Origin: Amoeboradix gromovi X-113
Lineage: Eukaryota; Fungi; Sanchytriomycota
NCBI GenBank assembly: GCA_018985225.1
Contig: JADGIF010000005.1
Location: 1-32,000 of the forward strand
Reading direction: 5' to 3'
Length of the DNA: 32,000 bases
The notes below the pieces were generated by a model. That model had not been told where the DNA came from. It saw only the letters and a list, made by a program, of their open reading frames with translations, and did not search any database. Each line of letters opens with the position of its first letter. Within the stretch, counting starts at the first letter, position 1. The translations under genes and the position numbers were made by a program. Shown piece by piece: positions 10,468 to 18,333 of the stretch.

Positions 10468-11700
10468 TTATTTTGTTCCTTTTATGGTAGCCGATATCGT
10501 CTTTTTATTCAGCTCAAGTGATGGCAGTATACTTCCAGACACAGCTAATATACACGCTAATAATATGATAACAATATAGAACTCTAAAAGGAAACTAAAA
10601 GCCCATGGCAGCTCCAGGAATACGTTGCTTTGTAAACAAAAAAACACTCCTGTTAGACTTCCAATCAGCGTTCCAAGTGCTGCACTACTTAATACGATAC
10701 TCATTGATTCATAGACATACACTCTCACAAGTATTGCCTTTGTAAAGCCTAATGATCTAAGCACCCCATACTCCCAGCTGTTATCCTTGACATTTGATTC
10801 AAAAGAGATGATTAACACAAAAAAACAAAGTATTATTGCTCCTATGCTGACACTATTCAGAGTGAAATTGCCTTTAGTTTTCGTATCCTGTGTGTTCTTT
10901 ATCGCAGCCCTAGCATCATTTATTATAATATCTTGATTTAGTATAGTGTTCAACTCGTTCATAAATGATTCTATTTGCAAATTACTTGCATCTTGGCTTA
11001 ACTTAATAAAGCAGTCCTTTAATGGCAAATCTGTTTTTGACAAAACTGTTACGTTTGTGTTTGCTACAGTATCAACTGTTGAAAGCAGTGATTTAAAATC
11101 ATCCATTTTCACTAGCATAGTTGCAGATTTGGTGAATGATGATATGTCTGGAAAGCCGCTCATTTTAGAGACAGTAGCCACAGGCTTTACAATAAATCGA
11201 GAAGTCACTGTGTTTATATCACTAACAGGTAATATACACTTAAATTCTTAATCACAATATCAGTAATTACTCTATCGATACTAACGTTGGTCAACGCTAA
11301 ACTACCTGAAGAAATGGTGTTCTTTACAACATAATAGAAAGCGCTTTTATCTAGCAGCACAACATTGCCAAGAGCATTAGCATACTTTCCATTAGTATTA
11401 GATATTGCATCTATTATTTGGAAAGAAACGTTTGTTTGATCGAAGTTGTTCAAAAAAGTATTTGGAAGGATCAAATTAGTTTTTCCATTATCATTTGAAA
11501 GGGCAAAGCCTACATTGAGAGAATTGACCACGAAAATAGTGCTCTCGGGAAGCGGATTACCGTTGAGAGGTTTCTTAATTGTGCTTCGAGTCTGGTTCGG
11601 TGATTGGAAAGACGTCAGGTTGAGAATTATATCTTTCTACAGAGTGTGTCCCCCCATCTCGACGTATTTAACTCAACATTTCAAATTTTTCATAACCACT
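10468..11700 (-). pseudogene. FtsX/MacB-like (DUF214-type) permease, frameshifted and internally deleted
   Basis: The C-terminal frame has the FtsX permease signature ...SWEYGVLRSLGFTKAILVRVYVYESMSIVLSSAALGTLIG plus TM helices. The upstream frame (...GKYANALGNVVLLD...) is out of register at about 11250, and further upstream frames contain stops. Confidence 0.65.
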
Positions 11701-11844
11701 CTTGAATCAGTTAATCACTTTGTTTTGTAATTACCGTGAGGAAACAGTGACTGAGAAATAATTTCTTGGGATCAAATGAAAAATCGTTACCTTATATCAA
11801 GGAATAAAAACGCAATACCTGTTTATACTATTTTACTGAAATAT

Positions 11845-12714
11845 TCATCTGCAGTTGTGAATATCAAATATTAAAATATCTGATGCACCAACATCTAATA
11901 ATTTGTCCATAATATCACCTTGTTTTTCTTGATCTATCATAACGCTAACAGACACCCATTCTTCATTTTCCAAAGGACTTACCGTAGGTGCTTTTCTTCC
12001 AGGAGTAATCAATTTGGCATCCCTTAGACTACTTCTAGGTACATTATAAGTGCAGTAAACATGTTTTTTAGCGTCAATAACACCCTGAATTCTACCAGTT
12101 ATTGTTTTAAACAGATCTTTAAAAGGGTTATTAGGGTTTGCAATCAAAACACATTCTGACGAATGAATCGTATGCAGCTCTTTTAAACCGGCTGCCTTCA
12201 TTGTATCACCACTCTCTACCAAATCGCAAACCGCGTCGGCTAGACCTAACTGACAAGCTATTTCAACAGACCCACTAACGTAAGAACAATTGATTTCAAG
12301 CCTTAGTTTATTTTTAAAATAATCCTTCACTGTATTGGGAAAAGACGAAACAATTTTTTTTTCATTTAAGTCTTCTATCTTCATTTTAGATCCTTCAGGA
12401 ACTTGGACTACTAATCTACATTTGCCAAACCCTAGTCTTAGTTCTTCGGTCACTTTATTTCTAACCTGGCTTTCTAGTACCATATCTGACCCAGTTATTC
12501 CAGCGTGAATGCTTCCATCGGCAACATATATAGGAATGTCTTTGGCAGGCAAAAATATCAATGCAATTGGTAAGTTAGTACAATACGCAATATCTAATCG
12601 GTTCTTCTTCGAAAATTTAATATCAGCACCTTTCAGCATATCCATACAAGTATCATATAATCTTCCTTTCTTTGGTATAGCAATCTTCAACTTGTCGTCA
12701 AAATTGAAAGTCAT
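11845..12714 (-). CDS. HIS1: ATP phosphoribosyltransferase (long form)
   Basis: 289 aa with IAIPKKGRL, FLPAKDIP, GITGSD, LGFGKCRL, SGSVEIACQLGLADAVCDLVESGDTM, ITPGRKAPTVSPL and a fungal-type NCR C-terminus. Confidence 0.97.
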   Translation of the reverse strand: MTFNFDDKLKIAIPKKGRLYDTCMDMLKGADIKFSKKNRLDIAYCTNLPIALIFLPAKDIPIYVADGSIHAGITGSDMVLESQVRNKVTEELRLGFGKCRLVVQVPEGSKMKIEDLNEKKIVSSFPNTVKDYFKNKLRLEINCSYVSGSVEIACQLGLADAVCDLVESGDTMKAAGLKELHTIHSSECVLIANPNNPFKDLFKTITGRIQGVIDAKKHVYCTYNVPRSSLRDAKLITPGRKAPTVSPLENEEWVSVSVMIDQEKQGDIMDKLLDVGASDILIFDIHNCR

Positions 12715-13320
12715 GAGGGGAGAAGTAGCAATCAGAAACTCTGAAAAATGGATGCAATTATAAGTCGGGGATACTCCCTTCGAGACCGTGTTGTATACGG
12801 TGCTCGTTCAAGCACCCTACCAAACGAGGTTTTTACCTACAGTGAATAAATATGCAAGACAATATTCATGTTGGGGCAGCAATTATATGTCTACTAAAAC
12901 CTGTCTAGTTGTTACTTCTTCCGACATCGTTTTCTCTGACACTGCTAGATGTTTAAAAACATGATTCTTCGAGCCATGTTTCCAAATAAACTGATTTCTC
13001 TTTTATTTCTTTCGCTTATTACTATTGGAGCCTAATTTATAACTCGTGTCTTGCCTGATCGTGATTCATTCCTGGTTATCATATATTTTGCCGTATTCAA
13101 AGTAAAATTACGGCTTTGTAAATATGACAGTTATACTACTTTTAACATCGCATTATTGTAAATTTTATAGACGGGTCTCAGTTAGCTATGTAAAACACTC
13201 GCAGATCGTGTTCCCAGTCATAAATTTCAGCCATACTCGTAAATTCTGCAATAATATAAAGGCTTAATGACATTAAATCAAAATTTGCAGGCTTTAAAGC
13301 CGAGTTCATATCTAACAGTA

Positions 13321-13837
13321 GAGACATCAAATATAAAAACTGGACTAACTTTCTATAACAACTTGGAACATTATTTCAGCTTTATTAGTTTTATGGATTT
13401 AAGAGGCGAGTGGACATTCAGCTAGTTGACGAGTATAAAAGGAAAATAAACAACTTTTTGTATCGAAATTTCAAAAATAAATATTCTGTACAGCTATTCT
13501 CTTACTCTTTCATCCAATCTTTATTTCAAATAAACCTCTGATTCATAATAGGGTATATTTTCATTTAATCTTGCCCGTAAATAGAGACCCTTCCTAATAA
13601 AGTTATGGCCAAGAGAATGCAAAAGCTTTCATACACCAGCAAATCAAAGAAATGTAGTGTCTGTGAGAATGAAATAGACAAGAGTAATGATGTTAGTATA
13701 ACATTACAAAATGACTCTAGAAAAGAATGCCGTCTCGGAAAATTGGTATAATAGAAGATCTTTTATTAATGAGAGCATTTCCTCCGTATGGTGCACCTTT
13801 AAAAACGACTTAGTCTAGTTTTTATATTTGGTGTCCC
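13321..13837. mobile_element. Non-autonomous TIR element (MITE), copy A
   Basis: About 30-bp terminal inverted repeats GAGACATCAAATATAAAAACTGGACTAAC / GGGACACCAAATATAAAAACTAGACTAAG. Both arms match 23756-24162 in reverse orientation. No clean TSD is visible. Confidence 0.85.
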
Positions 13838-14278
13838 AAGCGATCCAAAATCCGAACTCTCTCGTTAAAAGTCCAGATTTCCGAGAAAATCGAGAATTTC
13901 CACAGAGAAACTAATGCTAGATCTCCGTTAGAGTGATCGCCCACGCTTTCACTACCCTGAGGCGGGATTGAATAAGGATGCAGACACTTGATGTATATAT
14001 TCCTTGCTGCCATATGGTCTCTATCTCCTAATGACACTTTGTACAAGTGTAGGTGTCTCAATTGGTTTTCTTTAGAGTACCACGCCTTGTACATGTCTGA
14101 CTAGTAAATGATTCATTGCATTCGACCATCGTCTTTCCTCTTTGCTTACACTTGAATTTTAAGCGTTGCTTGAATGCGTAATGGGACATCGTAGCCATGT
14201 TTCTTCCGAATTGCTCAACAATCTACTTATCATTTGACTAGTATTGAACGATGATGAGAATATAAGATCATATGTCTT
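13822..14278 (-). pseudogene. Fanzor2/TnpB C-terminal fragment (RuvC-II region, Zn finger, RuvC-III)
   Basis: Manual translation across two frameshifts: KTYDLIFSSSFNTSQMISRLL / GRNMATMSHYAFKQRLKFKCKQRGKTMVECNESFTSQTCTRRGTLKKTN*DTYTCTKCH* / DRDHMAARNIYIK. SHY.FKQRL, NE.FTS.TC and DRD..AARNI are hallmark Fanzor2/IS607-TnpB motifs. Confidence 0.9.
13841..13982 (-). ncRNA. Predicted Fanzor omegaRNA: scaffold 13982-13861 plus candidate guide AGAGTTCGGATTTTGGATCG
   Basis: Conserved in three copies, with several predicted stems. Conservation stops exactly after CGAG. The 5' boundary is approximate and expression is not shown. Confidence 0.7.
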
Positions 14279-14441
14279 TGTATGCTGTACCTGCTAGTTA
14301 TTTCTTTACAATTGATTTACCGTTTGTGAAAATGAAGAATGTCGAGTATTTGAGCTATTAGAAAAATCTGGAAAAGTCTTGAAATTATACAAAAATACAT
14401 ACAAATTCGCGATAAATGATTTATTCAAGAAAACAATCGAG
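13861..14441 (-). mobile_element. IS607-like/Fanzor2 non-autonomous element, both ends present (copy 1, 581 bp)
   Basis: Left end CTCGATTGTTTTC (14441 downward) and right end GACTTTTAACGAG (ending 13861) are defined by homology break points with the other copies. An internal deletion joins the tnpA start to the Fanzor 3' part at about 14279. Confidence 0.9.
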
Positions 14442-14502
14442 CTAGCCACTTTGATTTACCACTTTTATTTCTAGAATTCGCGAACACTATTTCGTGTAAG
14501 AG

Positions 14503-16317
14503 TCACTCGTAAGATACATCATGCTTTCTCTCTTCTTTCAGTGTCCTTTTTAATGGTATTACTTGCTCTATAACTGACTTCTTTTTCTTCCATATAAAAT
14601 GGTCAAAAGGTATAATTTTCCTTAGTTTTTGCACCGTCATTAACCATTTTGGATCTATAAATTCTTCTATTTTGTACGCTTGACCAAGCTTTTCTAATTG
14701 CTCTAATACTACATAATCTGCATCTTTTATACTTGTTAAACTAGCTCCTAGTCCTAAGGCAATCTCTTTGTATCGCTCATCAGGTACGTGTAGCTTCATT
14801 GATTGTAATATATTATTGTTTTCTTGCTCTGCAGTAATATTCTCTAACTTTTCATTTTTAACCAAAAATGGCACAATATCGACAAATTTTCCCATACTCA
14901 CACAGCGAAGTAGCCATTCTTTTGTTGCTATAGGTATGTTGTACTTAGTACATGCTTTAATCTTCTCATTGTTGCCATCATAAGGTCTCGGGGCTATTAG
15001 GTAATTGACATTATTTGTAAATGTATCATCAAAACGACCGCCTAATATCCTTATTACCTGTTTAATAGTTAGCCTGTATCTTATGTCATAGCCAGTTACA
15101 GTAAAAACTTTATTATCAAATTCCACTAGTGGCAATACGTGTTTAAACGGTTTATACTGAATATCGTCGTATTTTCCCAACTCAAATTGCGCATCTGCCC
15201 TATAATCCGAATATGCATCGGTAAACCAAGTCTCATTAACTACGTGAACAAGATTATCATCCCCTGATTTCAATAAGAACTTCTTTGATGATAATAAATA
15301 GGGCAATTTCGAGGACCAAATAATAATCCAGTTGAACTTAAGCTCTTTGAGAAACTTCAGTAAAACTCTCATGTTATACTCTTGATTCTCTTTGATATTC
15401 GACCATGGCCTAGGTAGTTCTTGCAGAGCAAAACAATGCCCACCCATTTTTAAAATGTTAGATCTATATTTGCGACGAGTATCTACTTCAAAACCACAAA
15501 GCACGAATGCCAATGTGTCAAATATACCTGGTGACTTTGGAGTCATTAGTGTGTTCTGAATCGGAGTCACCGAGAGACAGGAGTCTTCATCCATAAATGC
15601 GGATATTCGGTTCTCGGAATGTTGCTCAAGAGATCGAGAAGCAAGAAGATCGATAGCATGGTCCATATCTCTGCCTTTGTGCTCATTGTTTAAATTATAA
15701 GCAGTTATAGAAACATCTGTCGAAGAAGATTTCTTAGTTGCAGACTCTGTGTGTGGAATAACAATTTCACCATCATCTACACAGTATTCTGTGCCAGGCA
15801 AATCCAAAATACAGTTGTATATTATGCACAACTTAACCCATTTCTCGTTGTACATTGAAATTTCAGGGTGATCACTAATATGAAAAGTGGACGCTGAAGA
15901 ACTTACTATGCTTCCCTGCGCGTACAATATAAGCTCTTCAAGAGTTGCATTGGGCTCCTCTAAAGAGAATGATTTGTCTTTAAATAAAAAAATTGAATAG
16001 AAATCTTGATCGTACATTTTGGAATTAACAGGCTGCAATCGCTTTTGAGATAAGCAATCAACAAGCCATCTGGTTCCGCATACATTAACCTTGTATTTCT
16101 TACCAATAAGCTTCTTTTTTGAGGGTCGTAGATCCAGCATGACAATATGGCTATTGTAAAATGATAAAGATTCTGTAATCTTAGCACCTAAACAATAAGC
16201 AAGTAACATCCATTCGGATCTACCTGCACCGCATGGCGTGAGAGTGCACCTTGCTAGCGGCAAATCACTGGAAAATATTGACATTTTAGTATCAAAAAAT
16301 AATTTTAGCTTCAACAT
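14503..16317 (-). CDS. Multi-BRCT scaffold protein, TopBP1/Rad4(Cut5)/Dpb11-like
   Basis: 604 aa with about five BRCT-like units carrying (L/M)GG/GA turns and W..C helices (RWLVDC, KWVKLC, TWFTDA, EWLLRC, KWLMTV). Rtt107/Brc1 cannot be excluded. Confidence 0.7.
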   Translation of the reverse strand: MLKLKLFFDTKMSIFSSDLPLARCTLTPCGAGRSEWMLLAYCLGAKITESLSFYNSHIVMLDLRPSKKKLIGKKYKVNVCGTRWLVDCLSQKRLQPVNSKMYDQDFYSIFLFKDKSFSLEEPNATLEELILYAQGSIVSSSASTFHISDHPEISMYNEKWVKLCIIYNCILDLPGTEYCVDDGEIVIPHTESATKKSSSTDVSITAYNLNNEHKGRDMDHAIDLLASRSLEQHSENRISAFMDEDSCLSVTPIQNTLMTPKSPGIFDTLAFVLCGFEVDTRRKYRSNILKMGGHCFALQELPRPWSNIKENQEYNMRVLLKFLKELKFNWIIIWSSKLPYLLSSKKFLLKSGDDNLVHVVNETWFTDAYSDYRADAQFELGKYDDIQYKPFKHVLPLVEFDNKVFTVTGYDIRYRLTIKQVIRILGGRFDDTFTNNVNYLIAPRPYDGNNEKIKACTKYNIPIATKEWLLRCVSMGKFVDIVPFLVKNEKLENITAEQENNNILQSMKLHVPDERYKEIALGLGASLTSIKDADYVVLEQLEKLGQAYKIEEFIDPKWLMTVQKLRKIIPFDHFIWKKKKSVIEQVIPLKRTLKEERKHDVSYE

Positions 16318-16428
16318 TAATTGGAGCCAAAATTTTGTACCTTACTGTCCAGAATCTGTCGAGTGTTATTACGAGGTTAAATTCCAATGAAAATAATTTT
16401 TTAAACATTTTTGAAAATTACTTAATTG

Positions 16429-17157
16429 ATGCTTGAAGATTTAATAGAAGCAAGTTTTGAAGAAAAGGAAATTAAAATCGAAAGAAGGCTACATATACCA
16501 GTGACAGATTACCAAGAATTTGCAGCAGGTGGTAAATATATTAGTCTGGATAAATTATTAAACTTGCATAGAATTCCTGCTGTAAATTGGTACACCGTTG
16601 GAGTAGTCCAGATAATTGAAAAATCTTCTTTTGAGCTTTCAGATATGAAAGGCCTAAGTATCAAATGCATCAACCATATTGAGCCAGTTAACGAGGGTGA
16701 TGTTGTTGCCGTGTCTAATCCAATCTGGAGACAAAATCTCATGATTCAAGAAAAAGGAAATATACACTATATCGGTAAGACTGGAGCCATACGCTGCAGG
16801 CAATGTAAAAGACTAACTATAGATGTGCTTTGTTCTGTGCATTTGCGAGAATCCATCCAGGATCGCAAAAATGAACGGCAGAATGTTAAAACTTCAAGCT
16901 CAGTATTCCAATTTGAAAAAAAAGAGTTTAAAAAGCCAGAAATTCTTGATAAGTCAACCGAAGATTTCTTTGATTACATTTCCAAGAAGAATGACAGAGT
17001 TTCAAATCTACTAAAAAGACAAACGAGAGTTCAATCTCCAAAGAATTATTCTAATCCCATGTTGAAGCAAACTGCTTTTTACAAGATTCAGGAGAAAAAG
17101 AACTCTGCTAAAGCTGTTGATTTAAGTTCTGAGCTTTTGATTGATTTCGACGAATAA
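16429..17157 (+). CDS. MCM10: Mcm10-like replication factor (OB fold plus CCCH-type Zn finger), reduced
   Basis: NWYTVGVV...ELSDMK...EGDVVAVSNP...IHYIGK followed by C-x2-C...C-x2-H (CRQC...CSVH) matches the Mcm10 internal domain. ATG at 16429. Confidence 0.6.
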   Translation: MLEDLIEASFEEKEIKIERRLHIPVTDYQEFAAGGKYISLDKLLNLHRIPAVNWYTVGVVQIIEKSSFELSDMKGLSIKCINHIEPVNEGDVVAVSNPIWRQNLMIQEKGNIHYIGKTGAIRCRQCKRLTIDVLCSVHLRESIQDRKNERQNVKTSSSVFQFEKKEFKKPEILDKSTEDFFDYISKKNDRVSNLLKRQTRVQSPKNYSNPMLKQTAFYKIQEKKNSAKAVDLSSELLIDFDE

Positions 17158-17369
17158 AAGAATACGGTTACACCAATTTAATTTTTTCATTCATAAATAT
17201 ATTCTTCTACATCATCAGACCAACTAGGTAAAAAATACACAAAAGGCAAATTATATTCCGGTGACTTGGCAATAATTTGTTAACAATTTCTCTTCTTTAT
17301 TTGCCTCTCTATGAGTTTAGGACTGTTTTAGCCGGAAAATATATATCAATCCGAGACTGCACTATAGCA

Positions 17370-18100
17370 GGCTTGTTATCTTCAACGAGTGGCTCATTTC
17401 CAACCTTCAAAACTTAAACCGGTTTAAACACCTAATGAAAGAGCAAGTCGAGGAGCATCCCATCCTGAAGGACCGTAATTGCATGGATACCACATCCTTG
17501 GAGCATTTGCAAGAGCAATTAAAGGAGTTCTTCAAGCTCACAAGATAAATTACTATGTGAGTCAAAGCAATGATTTCAGTTGCCTGTCGTTTTGTACATT
17601 ATGGCAGAATACTCCGCAGAAAGCAACATATGCTGGAAACTTATCTGAAGATATGATCCAAAGTGATAAAAGCATTGCGCTAAATGTGAACACCTGCCGG
17701 AGAAGGAATAGATCATAGATCAATCGATGCTCCAAACTGCTAGCCTCTCAAGAATCTTCAAGGATGACCCGTCTCTGTAGTACAAGTCAAGAAGCCAAGA
17801 ACCTCAAGTAAGCCATACATAGAAGTAGGCTCAAGGTACTTTATGAGTATTTAAGCGGTAAATCACAAGAAAATGGCGCAATGGACACAATAAATTTGAT
17901 ATGTGGATTCTTTTCTGTTGATACCAATCGCAGCCATAACACACCATTCTCCGTTAGACGTTGAAAACAGATCGTTAACTAAGACATGCTAGACTTCTGA
18001 ACTTGATTGAATTAGGTATATGCAGCTGAATATGGCTCTAGATCAGGTCTTGCTCATCTTCTTGGATATTAGTAAGCGCACATGATTGCTTCCTAAGCCG
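17370..18100 (+). pseudogene. Decayed hAT-like transposase fragment
   Basis: With one frameshift it reads ...ST(R)WLISNLQNLNRF...LEHLQEQLKEFFKLTR*IT..KAMIS..., and later DMLDF(W>*)...MALD...CSSS. This follows the order of hAT TRW.S, L..F...T and dimerisation-domain motifs. Many stops are present. Confidence 0.4.
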
Positions 18101-18333
18101 AGAGTTATCAGTGACTTATTCAAGTATACTATGATTTATGCCACTATACAGTTTCTGTATTGTTCATCACCAATTTTTTCAGTATGAATAATGCATTCTC
18201 GCTGAGATAAGATCAAAGATCTGAACTCGTAAATAAAATAAAGCGTACTGCCTGGATTCTTTACACAAGCACCTACTAAGAAAAACAGTTTATACAATAA
18301 AAGATTTGCTCAAAGTGATTTACTGTTTCTTAT

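Noticed and set aside
12781-12806. Hairpin CGAG-ACCGT...ACGGT-G-CTCG upstream of HIS1 as an ncRNA or attenuator
   Set aside because: Single occurrence with no snRNA, tRNA or snoRNA motifs. Bacterial-type attenuation is not expected in a nuclear gene.
13861-13875. The right end TTAAC-GAG looks like a branch point plus 3' splice site, suggesting the element could be spliced out like an intron
   Set aside because: The left end begins CTCG, not GT/GC, and no group I intron core is apparent, so there is no support for splicing.
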